DNA from: Magnetococcus sp. DMHC-8
GTDB taxonomy: Bacteria; Pseudomonadota; Magnetococcia; Magnetococcales; Magnetaquicoccaceae
Assembly (NCBI GenBank): GCA_039908555.1
Contig: JAMOAX010000006.1
Span: 19,598-43,597 of the forward strand
DNA: 24,000 bases
Reading direction: 5' to 3'
Position numbers and translations under genes: made by a program. The notes below the pieces were generated by a model. That model was not told the DNA's origin. It ran no database searches and worked only from the letters and a program-made list of their open reading frames with translations. Shown in pieces: positions 8,253-16,617 of this stretch; positions within the stretch are counted from its first letter, which is position 1, and each line of letters starts with the position of its first letter.

Positions 8253-10020
8253 CGATATCCCCTCTTCCGGCCTGCCCGGTCGGGTAGCGCCCGGTGACCC
8301 GGCAGGGTCGCCCCTCCGGCCCGACCCGCCTGCGGTCGGCCATGAGGCATTGCCCATGGCACTGGCCCAGCCCGCCCGGGGAATGCCACTGATCTGGCTG
8401 CTGCCATTGCTGGCCCTGTCGATTGGTGTCTGGTTGGCCTACAAAACCCTGATCGAGACAGGACCGGATATCCAGATCCATTTCAAAACGGCAGAGGGGG
8501 TGGTGGCGGGCAAGACCCGGGTCACCTACAAGGCGGTGGAGGTGGGACAGGTGGAGGCCGTGCGGCTCAAGGAGGATCTGTCCGGGGTGCTGGTCGCTGT
8601 GCGCATGCAGCGGGCTGCCGAGCCTTATCTGCGGGAAGAGAGCAAATTCTGGGTGGTGCGACCCCGCATGAGCTTGCGGGGCGTCTCCGGACTGGACACC
8701 CTGGTGTCCGGCGCCCATATTGAAATCGAGCCGGGTCCGGGTCCATCCGCCCGGGAGTTCAAAGGACTGGAGGTGCCGCCGGTGGTGCGCATGGATGCGC
8801 CGGGCGGCAAATACATCCTGCAAACCGAGTCCCTCGGTTCGCTGGATACCGGCTCGCCCCTCTACTACCGGGATATTCCGGCGGGCGAGGTGTTGGGTTA
8901 CACCCTGGCTCCCAACAAGAAAAGCGTCTACATCCACCTGTTTGTCCGGGCGCCCTACCATGAGCTGGTGCAGGAAAACACCCGGTTCTGGCGGATCAGC
9001 GGGGTGGATTTGTCCATCAGCGCCGAGGGGATCAAGGTCAAGGCCGATTCGTTGCAATCCCTGCTGGCGGGCGGGGTGGCCTTCGACACCCCGGATACCC
9101 TGCGGGACGCTGCGGTGGTGCAAAACAATCACACTTTCTGGTTGTACAATGACCAGACCGCCATCTCCGAACAGGCCTACACCAAGCGCATCATCTTTGT
9201 GTTGTATTTCAATGAATCGGTGCGAGGGCTGAGTGTGGGTGCGCCGGTCGAGTTCCGGGGCATCAAGGTGGGCAAGGTAACGGAGATCGGCATGGAGTAT
9301 GATGCCCAGAACACGACCTTCCGGATTCCGGTCCTGGTGCAGATCGAACCGGAACGGGTGGATGCCCTGTCGGTGGAGCATGGGGGGGGGGAAGAAGCAG
9401 ATGAGGCGGCCTATGATTTGATGGAGGCTTTGGTGCAGCGCGGCCTACGCGCGCAGTTGCAAACCAGCAGTTATCTGACCGGACAGCGTTTTGTGGAGTT
9501 GGACATTCATCCGGAGGTGCCATTGCGGCGCAGCGGAGAGCCTGGCAAATTTCCGGAGATGCCGACCATGTCGGGCTCCATTGGCGAGATCACCGGCTCC
9601 ATCTCCCAGTTGCTCAAGACGTTGCAATCCATGCCCCTCAGTGAGATGGCAGAGGAGTTGCGCGGGACGCTCAAGGGGGCCAATCGGACGGTCAATGCAC
9701 CCGAGTTGCTGGAGACCGTCCGGGCACTCAAGGGGGTGACGGTGCAGTTGGGCATCCTGCTGACCCAGTTGAACGGACAGCCGGTGTCATTGGGGGAGCA
9801 GGTGAGCGGAACGACCGAAGCGGCCCAGAAGGCCCTGGCCCAGACCGAACGCACCCTGGCGGGTGTGGAAGGCATGATCAACCCCAACGCGCCATTGCAT
9901 TACCAGATGCTGGAGGTGACCCGGGAGTTGTCTGCCACGGCCCGTGCCATTCGCTCCTTTCTGGAAATGATGGAGACCAAACCGGAATCCTTGCTGTTTG
10001 GCAAGGAGGGCCGGCGCTGA
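8236..10020 (+). CDS. pqiB: Intermembrane transport protein PqiB (multi-MCE-domain protein)
   Basis: ATG 8236 is preceded by GGAGA, and the start overlaps the pqiA stop. It has one N-terminal TM (LIWLLPLLALSIGVWLAY), then repeated MCE-type modules (e.g. GVVAGKTRVTYKAVEVGQVEAV, SGLDTLVSGAHIEIEPG, VGAPVEFRGIKVGKVTEI) and a long helical C-terminus. Confidence 0.9.
   Translation: MNTPLDDIPSSGLPGRVAPGDPAGSPLRPDPPAVGHEALPMALAQPARGMPLIWLLPLLALSIGVWLAYKTLIETGPDIQIHFKTAEGVVAGKTRVTYKAVEVGQVEAVRLKEDLSGVLVAVRMQRAAEPYLREESKFWVVRPRMSLRGVSGLDTLVSGAHIEIEPGPGPSAREFKGLEVPPVVRMDAPGGKYILQTESLGSLDTGSPLYYRDIPAGEVLGYTLAPNKKSVYIHLFVRAPYHELVQENTRFWRISGVDLSISAEGIKVKADSLQSLLAGGVAFDTPDTLRDAAVVQNNHTFWLYNDQTAISEQAYTKRIIFVLYFNESVRGLSVGAPVEFRGIKVGKVTEIGMEYDAQNTTFRIPVLVQIEPERVDALSVEHGGGEEADEAAYDLMEALVQRGLRAQLQTSSYLTGQRFVELDIHPEVPLRRSGEPGKFPEMPTMSGSIGEITGSISQLLKTLQSMPLSEMAEELRGTLKGANRTVNAPELLETVRALKGVTVQLGILLTQLNGQPVSLGEQVSGTTEAAQKALAQTERTLAGVEGMINPNAPLHYQMLEVTRELSATARAIRSFLEMMETKPESLLFGKEGRR
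9382..9391 (+). repeat. G10 homopolymer inside the pqiB coding sequence (encodes GGG-E)
   Basis: Read directly: cat ggg ggg ggg gaa, in the pqiB frame (9382 is codon position 1). Confidence 0.9.
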
Positions 10021-10091
10021 TCCGGTGGTTGCCGGGCCTTGACCATCGTTTTATTCGGCAGAGCGCCCAATCCCGCCAGTCAGCCTGGGTT

Positions 10092-10197
10092 GCATGCCGA
10101 GGATGCCGCAGCAAAGAGCGGCTGCGGCTCTTCCCGCCAGGTCTGCCTGCGGCGCATGCTGAGGACGCCGAAGCAAAACCGGCTTCGGCTTTTTATT
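10092..10197 (+). repeat. Two tandem copies (period 62 nt) of a hairpin-containing unit in the pqiB-pqiC spacer
   Basis: Unit 1 is gcatgccgaggatGCCGCAGCaaagagcgGCTGCGGCtcttcc (stem 10105-10112 / 10121-10128). Unit 2 is gcatgctgaggacGCCGAAGCaaaaccgGCTTCGGCttttta (stem 10167-10174 / 10182-10189). The C-to-A change in the 5' arm is matched by a G-to-T change in the paired 3' arm position. Confidence 0.8.
10167..10197 (+). terminator. Rho-independent terminator-like hairpin downstream of pqiB
   Basis: 8-bp perfect GC-rich stem GCCGAAGC/GCTTCGGC with a 7-nt loop, immediately followed by TTTTTATT. It lies 147 nt after the pqiB stop. Confidence 0.6.
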
Positions 10198-10240
10198 AAA
10201 ATCAATAGCAACAGCAAAACCCCAGGGCGCTGCCCTGGAC
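10176..10240 (+). repeat. Dispersed intergenic repeat, copy 1 (partner at 17226-17289)
   Basis: aaaccggcttcggctttttattaaaatcaatagcaacagcaaaaccccagggcgctgccctggac aligns with copy 2 at about 53 of 66 columns by hand. It has the same orientation as copy 2 and ends 62 nt before the pqiC ATG. Confidence 0.75.
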
Positions 10241-10270
10241 CCGCCAGGGGGGTGACCCCCCTGGACCCGC
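10222..10270. repeat. REP-like pair of palindromic units, each ending in the direct repeat CCTGGACCCGC
   Basis: First unit: CCAGGGC-gct-GCCCTGG (10222-10238). Second unit: a perfect 21-nt palindrome CCAGGGGGGTGACCCCCCTGG (10244-10264). The 11-mer CCTGGACCCGC occurs at 10234-10244 and 10260-10270. Confidence 0.8.
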
Positions 10271-10301
10271 AATGCCGGCATGGAGAGGAGGACCGAGGCG
10301 T

Positions 10302-10898
10302 ATGATCAAGCGGATTGCCATCCTGTTGCCACTGGTGGTGTGCATGGCCTGTGCGGGCAGTTCGCCGCCGGTTCGGTATTATTTGCTGACGCCGGCAGCG
10401 CCGGAAGGGGTGGCGCCGGTCCGGGCGGGTGCGGAAAAGGCGTTGCTGGTGTTGGAACCGGTGGACATTCCGCCGTATTTGAATCGTACGCAGATTGTCA
10501 CGCGCAACAGTGAAAATCATTTGCAGTTGGCGCAATACGATCAGTGGGGAGACACGCTGCGGGAAAACATTTCCCGTGTCCTGCTGGAAAATCTGTCAAT
10601 TGTGTTGGGAACGGATCGGTTGGCCACGCCGACGGCATTGCCGCAGGAGCGGTTGACGTTGCGTCTGGCTGCCCAGGTCACCCAGTTTGAGCGGGGCGCG
10701 GACGGTCAGGTGGTGCTCAAGGTGCGTTGGCGTTTGGTGGAGGGACGCACAGGCAAGCTGGTATTGGTGCGGCAGTCCCAGTTTGCCGCTGGCCCGGTCC
10801 AGGCGACGGACTATGAAGGGTTGGCAGCCAGGATGAGTGGTTTGTTGTGGGAATGGAGTCGGGAAATGGCGCGAGAAATGGAGGAACACCTGCGCTGA
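10302..10898 (+). CDS. pqiC: PqiC/YmbA-family lipoprotein (ABC-type transport auxiliary lipoprotein, DUF330-like)
   Basis: An internal ATG at 10302 gives MIKRIAILLPLVVCMACAGSSPPVRYYLL..., a signal peptide with a lipobox-like VVCMAC followed by the YY(L/Q)L motif typical of PqiC. It is about 198 aa and lies downstream of pqiAB. Confidence 0.8.
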   Translation: MIKRIAILLPLVVCMACAGSSPPVRYYLLTPAAPEGVAPVRAGAEKALLVLEPVDIPPYLNRTQIVTRNSENHLQLAQYDQWGDTLRENISRVLLENLSIVLGTDRLATPTALPQERLTLRLAAQVTQFERGADGQVVLKVRWRLVEGRTGKLVLVRQSQFAAGPVQATDYEGLAARMSGLLWEWSREMAREMEEHLR

Positions 10899-10916
10899 CA
10901 ACGGGAGAACGGGCTG

Positions 10917-12524
10917 GTGCACAACAAGCATGACACGGCGGTACAGTTCATGGCAGCTCAGGGGGAGATGCCGCCCGAGAGGATTGCCACGCCCGGCACC
11001 GCACCCTTCTCCTGGAAGGGGTATGGGGCCGGGTTTCTGTCCGTGGCGATTACGACCTTGCTGGTCTTTCTGGGTCGTGCGTATTTGACGCCACCGGATC
11101 TGGTCATGCTCTATCTGTTGCCCATCATGGCGGTTGCCTTTCATTTTGGCAGAGGGCCATCTTTGGCCACTTCCGCTTTTTCCGTGGCCGCGTACGACTT
11201 TTTCTTTGTCCATCCCTATCTCACGTTCATGGTCTCCGATTCGCAGTACATACTGACCTTCACGATCCTGTTTGTGGTGGGCATCGTGATCAGCAGTCTG
11301 ATGACGCGCATCCGCCAGCAGGAACAGGAGGCCCGGGAACGGGAACGGCAAACTGATGCCTTGCACCGTCTGGGCCGGGATGTCATGACCAATCTGGATG
11401 ATGAACAGGTGGCCGGCATCATCACCCGTCATGCGGCCCGGTTGTTCGGCGGCGAGTCGGTGCTGTGTCTGGAAGATGGCCGAGGGGGGCTGACCATCGC
11501 CGCGGCCTCTCCCGACTCTTTTCAACCGGCAGAGCACGTCTTGCGTCTGATGCGTGACAGTTGTCATGAAAGACACTCGGCCAGGCCGGAAATTTTCACG
11601 TTGCCGGAGGTGGGAATCACCTGTCTGCCCATAGCGACCTCCCGTGCGCTGGGTGTGCTGGCATTGCGGATTACCACACCGGTTCCTCACCAGACGGGCC
11701 GCAGTTTTTTTCTGGAGGCATTTGCCCACCAGGCCAGCCTGGCCATGGATCGGGCCAGACTGAGCGAAGCAGCCAAGGCCGCCGCCATCCGTGCCAAAGC
11801 GGAAGAGTTGCGCGGCACCTTGCTGAGCATGGCCTCGCACGATCTGCGCACCCCCCTGGCGGCCATCATGGGTGCCGGCACAACATTGCTGGACGACGGA
11901 GAGACCCTCAACGGTGCCCAGCGACAGGAGATGCTGGAGGCCATTTGCACCGAAGCGACCCGCATGGAACGGTTGATCACCAATCTGCTGGACATGGTGC
12001 GGTTGGAATCCGGGGAGTGTCATCTGCGTCGTGAATGGATTCCGTTCGAGGAGTTGGCGGGATCGGCCATGGATCGCCTGGAAGATCGGTTGCAGGGACG
12101 AAAAATCACGGTGCAGACCTGCGAATCAATCCCCATGGTCCACGTGGACCCTGTGTTTTTTGTCCAGGTACTGGTCAATCTGCTTGACAATGCGCTCAAA
12201 TACACCCCGGAGGGCACCCCTGTCGTCTGGACGGTCACCGCCACGGAGGCGCAGCTGGCCATCCGGTTGAGTGATCAGGGGCCGGGTATTCCCCCTGCAC
12301 TGGCGCAGCATGTTTTTGAAAAATTTGTACGCGGCGGGCGGGTCGATGTGCCCGGCTCCGGGTTGGGTCTGGCGATTTGCCAGGGGGTGGTGCAGATCCA
12401 CGATGGCACCATCCAGGTGCTGACCAACGAGTGGGGTGGCGCCGATTTTCTCATCCTGTTGCCCCAGCCTCCCCTGCCCATAGACCTGTTGTCAAACGAT
12501 CAGGGCGCGACACCCCCCGATTGA
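10917..12524 (+). CDS. kdpD: KdpD-type sensor histidine kinase, C-terminal half only (DUF4118-like TM domain + GAF-like + HisKA + HATPase); no N-terminal KdpD/Usp domains
   Basis: The TM block LYLLPIMAVAFHFGRGPSLATSAFSVAAYDFFFVHPYLTF...ILTFTILFVVGIVISSL matches the KdpD membrane domain. It has the H-box MASHDLRTPLAAI, N-box LLDNALKYTP, G-boxes DQGPGIP and GSGLGLAICQ, and a region NLLDMVRLESGE...REW as in E. coli KdpD. GTG start at 10917 (GGGAGAA upstream); alternative ATG at 10950. Confidence 0.85.
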   Translation: MHNKHDTAVQFMAAQGEMPPERIATPGTAPFSWKGYGAGFLSVAITTLLVFLGRAYLTPPDLVMLYLLPIMAVAFHFGRGPSLATSAFSVAAYDFFFVHPYLTFMVSDSQYILTFTILFVVGIVISSLMTRIRQQEQEARERERQTDALHRLGRDVMTNLDDEQVAGIITRHAARLFGGESVLCLEDGRGGLTIAAASPDSFQPAEHVLRLMRDSCHERHSARPEIFTLPEVGITCLPIATSRALGVLALRITTPVPHQTGRSFFLEAFAHQASLAMDRARLSEAAKAAAIRAKAEELRGTLLSMASHDLRTPLAAIMGAGTTLLDDGETLNGAQRQEMLEAICTEATRMERLITNLLDMVRLESGECHLRREWIPFEELAGSAMDRLEDRLQGRKITVQTCESIPMVHVDPVFFVQVLVNLLDNALKYTPEGTPVVWTVTATEAQLAIRLSDQGPGIPPALAQHVFEKFVRGGRVDVPGSGLGLAICQGVVQIHDGTIQVLTNEWGGADFLILLPQPPLPIDLLSNDQGATPPD

Positions 12525-12540
12525 CGTGCCGGGCAGCCAC

Positions 12541-13782
12541 TCAATCCGTTGCCTGCGCGGCCTGGTTTGGTCCAGGCAGCAGGATGGACAACAGGGCAGC
12601 GGCCAGTACAAAGCCGGTTGACCACCACAGACAGCCGATCAATCCCTGCGTCTGATAGGCCCACCCGGACAGCAGGGTGCCGGTGAGCCGGCCGGCCGCG
12701 TTGGCGCTGTAGTAAAAGCCGACATTCATGGCGACCTTGTCATGGTCCGAATAGGAAAGAATCAAATAAGAGTGCAGGGAAGAGTTGACGGCGAAGACCA
12801 CCCCGAAGGCCGCCAATCCGATCATCAGGGAGAGTGCCGGGTCATACCCCCCGGTCAGTGCCAGGGCGATACCGGCCGGAAAGAGCGCCAGCAGGAAGGC
12901 GGCGTTGCGGGCGGTGGCGCCGGTGGGATGTCTGCCCTCTGCACGACTCCGGAACAGCAACGGCACACCCGCCTGCACAAAGCCATAACACACGACCCAC
13001 AAAGCCAGGAAACTGCCAACCTCCACGTGGTTCCAACCCACGGTTGCCTGCAGAAAGACCGGCAGTCCCACCACAAACCAGACATCGCGGGAACCGAACA
13101 GGAAAAAGCGGGCCGCGGAAAGAATATTGATTCCACGGTTTTTTGAAAAGATCTGGGACAATTTCGCCTTGCTCTTGGCCACTCCCATGTCGGCGGGCAG
13201 TGCCCACCAGGTCAACAAATAGACCAGGAACAGACTGCCGGCCAGACTGGTCAGGGTGATCTGGAAACCCAGCAACTGGAGCAACAGGGCACCCAGGAAA
13301 AAACCGGCCCCCTTGAGGGTGTTCTTGGACCCGGTGAGAATGGCCACCCACTTGAAAAGTCTCCCCTCGGCATTGGCGCCCTGGGGTGTGACCAGCTTGA
13401 CCCCCGCCTTGGCACTCATCTTGTTCAGGTCCTTGGCAATGCCGGACAGGGCCATGGCGACCATGACATAGGGTACGGTCAGCCAGACGGGGTCCATGGC
13501 CAGCATGCCCAGGGCGAAGACCTGCAAAAATCCACCGATCACCATGGTCCGGTTCAGGCCGATGCGGGTGGCAATCCATCCGCCGACGCCGTTGGTGATG
13601 ATGCCAAAAATCTCATAGAAGAGAAACAGAAAGGCGATAGAGATCGGGCTGAATCCCAGATTGTGAAAATGCAGCACCACCAGCATGTGGATGGCGCCAT
13701 CGGTGAGGGTAAAGGCCCAATAGGCCAGGGTGATGATACCGTAAACCCGGAATCCCAGGGCAGGTGTGTCCGTCGTTGCCAT
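12541..13782 (-). CDS. arsJ: MFS transporter ArsJ (organoarsenical / 1-arseno-3-phosphoglycerate efflux permease)
   Basis: 413-aa, 12-TM-type MFS protein. The N-terminal region (TLTDGAIHMLVVLHFHNLGFSPISIAFLFLFYEIFGIITNGVGGW) resembles ArsJ as I recall it. It is encoded immediately downstream of a dedicated GAPDH inside an ars operon, which is the defining context of ArsJ. Confidence 0.8.
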   Translation of the reverse strand: MATTDTPALGFRVYGIITLAYWAFTLTDGAIHMLVVLHFHNLGFSPISIAFLFLFYEIFGIITNGVGGWIATRIGLNRTMVIGGFLQVFALGMLAMDPVWLTVPYVMVAMALSGIAKDLNKMSAKAGVKLVTPQGANAEGRLFKWVAILTGSKNTLKGAGFFLGALLLQLLGFQITLTSLAGSLFLVYLLTWWALPADMGVAKSKAKLSQIFSKNRGINILSAARFFLFGSRDVWFVVGLPVFLQATVGWNHVEVGSFLALWVVCYGFVQAGVPLLFRSRAEGRHPTGATARNAAFLLALFPAGIALALTGGYDPALSLMIGLAAFGVVFAVNSSLHSYLILSYSDHDKVAMNVGFYYSANAAGRLTGTLLSGWAYQTQGLIGCLWWSTGFVLAAALLSILLPGPNQAAQATD

Positions 13783-13798
13783 GACCGCCTCGCGATGA

Positions 13799-13823
13799 GC
13801 GGGAGGGGCGCGTCCCCTCCCGC
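13799..13823 (-). other. Intercistronic GC hairpin between gapdh and arsJ
   Basis: GCGGGAGGGG-cgcgt-CCCCTCCCGC: a 10-bp perfect stem with a 5-nt loop. There is no U-tract in the direction of transcription. Confidence 0.6.
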
Positions 13824-13848
13824 GTTGAATCCATTTTTGTTCGTCGCC

Positions 13849-14862
13849 CTACAGAGAACGGGCCACCTTGGCCGCCAGTTCCACCATGCGGTTGACATAG
13901 CCCCATTCATTGTCATACCAGGCAAAAATTTTGACCTGGGTGCCGTTGATGACCATGGTGGACAGGGCATCGATGATGGCGGAACGGGGATCAGTCTTGT
14001 AGTCGATGGAAACCAGGGGCAGGGTCTCATATCCCAGGATGCCTGCCAGCGGTCCGTCTGCTGCCGATTGGAGGAGACCGTTGACCTCCTCCACCGTGGT
14101 GGGCCGCTCCACCTCGAACACCACATCGGTCAGGGAGGCATTGAGCAGTGGCACCCGTACCGCGATGCCGTCAATTCTACCCTTGAGCTGGGGAAAAATC
14201 TCGATGATGGCGCGGGCCGAGCCGGTGGTGGTGGGAATCAGGGAAAGACTGTTGGCACGGGCGCGGCGCAAATCCTTGTGGCCCAGGTCGATGATGGTCT
14301 GGGTGTTGGTGATATCGTGGATGGTGGTCATGGTGGCATGCCGGATGCCCAGATTTTCCAGGATCACCTTGACCACCGGGGAGAGGCAGTTGGTGGTACA
14401 GGAGGCGGAAGTGACGATCCGGTGCTGGCCGGCATCGTAGAGGTGGTCGTTGATGCCCATCACCACGTTGAGCACCCCGGCCTCCTTCACGGGGGTGGAG
14501 ACCACCACTTTTTTCACCCCGCGGTCAAAATAGGGTTGCAGCGCGGCGACCGTCTTGAATTTGCCGGTGCATTCCAGGACGAGATCGACCCCCAGGGCCT
14601 GCCAGTCGATTTCAGCCGGCGTCCTGGCCATGGAGTAGCCGAGCCGTTGGCCGTCCACCACAATGCTGGCGCCGTCCGCCGCCACGTCGCGTCCCCACCT
14701 GCCATGCACCGAATCATACTTCAGCAAGTGGGCCGCACAGGCGGCATCCCCCAGAATTTCATTGACGTGCACAAACTCCAGCTCCGGCAGTCGACCCCAG
14801 GCTGCCCGCAAACCCAAACGTCCCATGCGTCCAAAACCGTTGATTCCGACACGAATTGTCAT
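13849..14862 (-). CDS. gap: Type I glyceraldehyde-3-phosphate dehydrogenase, ars-operon-associated paralogue
   Basis: 337 aa with [11 protein letters not shown] (NAD binding) and the catalytic [11 protein letters not shown], ending in WYDNEWGY. It is located between acr3 and arsJ. Confidence 0.92.
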   Translation of the reverse strand: MTIRVGINGFGRMGRLGLRAAWGRLPELEFVHVNEILGDAACAAHLLKYDSVHGRWGRDVAADGASIVVDGQRLGYSMARTPAEIDWQALGVDLVLECTGKFKTVAALQPYFDRGVKKVVVSTPVKEAGVLNVVMGINDHLYDAGQHRIVTSASCTTNCLSPVVKVILENLGIRHATMTTIHDITNTQTIIDLGHKDLRRARANSLSLIPTTTGSARAIIEIFPQLKGRIDGIAVRVPLLNASLTDVVFEVERPTTVEEVNGLLQSAADGPLAGILGYETLPLVSIDYKTDPRSAIIDALSTMVINGTQVKIFAWYDNEWGYVNRMVELAAKVARSL

Positions 14863-14893
14863 GTTTCTCTCTCTCGTTGATGTGTTGTTGTAG

Positions 14894-15967
14894 TCAAGAA
14901 TTTTGTTCGTACCATGACCGGGTGCGCCGGGTGATGTGCACGACCGAGAGCATCACGGGTACTTCCACCAGTACGCCGACGACTGTGGCCAAGGCGGCCC
15001 CGGACTCGAAGCCAAACAACCCAATGGCTGTGGCAACGGCCAACTCAAAAAAATTGCTGGCGCCGATCAAGGCCGAGGGAGCCGCCACGCAATGCGCAAC
15101 CTGGAACCGTCGGGAGAGCCAATAGGCCAGACCGGCATTGAAATAGACCTGGATCAGGATGGGTACGGCCAGCAGCACAATCACCAGCGGTTGAGCCAGA
15201 ATTTGCTTGCCCTGAAAGCCGAAGAGCAGCACCAGTGTGGTCAGCAAAGCAGCCAGGGAGAAGGGATGCAACCTGGCCAGCACCGCCTCCAGTGCCGGCT
15301 GACCGCCGGTGGACAACAGGCGTGACCGCCAGATCTGGGCCACGAGCACCGGCACGACGATGAACAGCACCACGGACAGGAACAACGTCGCCCATGGCAC
15401 GGTGATCCGGGACAATCCCAACAGCAGGCCGACAATGGGCGCAAAGGCCACGATCATGATCAGGTCATTGAGGGCCACCTGGCTCAGGGTGAAATGGGGC
15501 TCCCCATCGCAAAGCTGGCTCCAGACAAAGACCATGGCGGTACAGGGGGCCGCCGCCAGGATGATCAAACCGGCCACGTAGGAGTCGAGCTGATCGGGCG
15601 GCAACCATGTCTGAAACAGGTGGCGGACAAAGAGCCAACCCAGCAGGGCCATGGAAAAGGGTTTGACTCCCCAGTTGATGAACAGGGTGACCCCGATGCC
15701 TTTCCAGTGTGCCCGCACCTGGGCAAGGGCTCCGAAGTCAATTTTGAGCAGCATGGGAATGATCATCAGCCAGATGAGCAGGGCGACGGGCAGATTGACC
15801 TGGGCGACTTCCATTCTGCCGACGGCATGAAAAGGCGCAGGCAGGGCATTGCCCAGCGTGATGCCAACACCGATGCACAACGCCACCCACAGGGAGAGGT
15901 GGCGTTCAAAAAATCCCAGCGCCGCGCCCGCGCTTTGACGGGCAGTTGTCTCACATTGACCGCTCAT
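14894..15967 (-). CDS. acr3: ACR3-family arsenite efflux permease
   Basis: 357-aa, 10-TM-type protein with [36 protein letters not shown] and [13 protein letters not shown] motifs typical of Acr3. Its ATG overlaps the arsC stop (ATGA at 15964-15967). Confidence 0.92.
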   Translation of the reverse strand: MSGQCETTARQSAGAALGFFERHLSLWVALCIGVGITLGNALPAPFHAVGRMEVAQVNLPVALLIWLMIIPMLLKIDFGALAQVRAHWKGIGVTLFINWGVKPFSMALLGWLFVRHLFQTWLPPDQLDSYVAGLIILAAAPCTAMVFVWSQLCDGEPHFTLSQVALNDLIMIVAFAPIVGLLLGLSRITVPWATLFLSVVLFIVVPVLVAQIWRSRLLSTGGQPALEAVLARLHPFSLAALLTTLVLLFGFQGKQILAQPLVIVLLAVPILIQVYFNAGLAYWLSRRFQVAHCVAAPSALIGASNFFELAVATAIGLFGFESGAALATVVGVLVEVPVMLSVVHITRRTRSWYEQNS

Positions 15968-16491
15968 GCCGGTTCCTCTTGATCCATTCCATGCCGATGC
16001 CCGATGCCGTCCAGCGCTTCCTTCAAGGATGCCGCATCCATGCTGTCCAGAGGCAGTGTCAAGAAATCACGGATGCGACGTTCCAGCTTGTCCAGGGCAG
16101 CAGCAAAGGCGCCCAGGGCCTCCTCACGGGTTTGGCCAACGGCCAGTCTCCCGGGCTCTGCCACGCCCCAGTGGGATTTGATCGGACCGCCTGGCCAAAT
16201 GGGACACATTTCCCCCGCCGCACTATCGCACACCGTGATGACCACGGACAGGCAGGGAGCACCGGGGGTGGCGAATTCATCCCACCCTTTGCTGCGCAGG
16301 CCATCAACGGGCACTCCCCGCATCTGCAATGCCTGCAACGCCAGAGGATGCACATCCCCGCGCGGGTGGCTGCCGGCGCTGAAGGCCCGCACCCGGCCCT
16401 GCGCCCAGTGGTTCAAGAGGGCTTCGGCCATGATACTGCGCGCCGAATTGTGCGTGCAGAGAAACAATACATTGCAGGGCAGCTCAGACAT
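15964..16491 (-). CDS. arsC: Arsenate reductase, LMW-PTPase (thioredoxin-coupled) family
   Basis: 175 aa. It has the P-loop VLFLCTHNSARSIMAEAL (CX5R-S), with downstream cysteines in ITVCDSAAGEMCP. A strong RBS AGGAGG lies 4 nt upstream of the ATG. Confidence 0.9.
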   Translation of the reverse strand: MSELPCNVLFLCTHNSARSIMAEALLNHWAQGRVRAFSAGSHPRGDVHPLALQALQMRGVPVDGLRSKGWDEFATPGAPCLSVVITVCDSAAGEMCPIWPGGPIKSHWGVAEPGRLAVGQTREEALGAFAAALDKLERRIRDFLTLPLDSMDAASLKEALDGIGHRHGMDQEEPA

Positions 16492-16617
16492 GCAACCTCC
16501 TCGTGACTGTCAGGACAATCCCCTCTCTTGCCGCAACCACCATGTCGCTTGCGGAGCGACTCTCCACCGGCCAAACACCGTATTGTCTGCCAGACGTCCC
16601 CATATTCCCGGTGTTAT

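Noticed and set aside
10092-10270. Possible CRISPR array or tRNA-like structure in the repeat-rich pqiB-pqiC spacer.
   Set aside because: There are only two tandem units, with no unique spacers between regularly sized repeats. No cas genes are present, and no cloverleaf can be drawn. It is better described as a duplicated hairpin/REP-like element.
12532-12540. Shared GGCAGCCA (CCnGGCAGCCA), seen here and at 17130-17137, as a target-site duplication flanking the ars island.
   Set aside because: An 8-10-nt match between a 16-nt junction and a roughly 300-nt junction has a few-percent chance expectation. No integrase, transposase or inverted terminal repeats accompany it.
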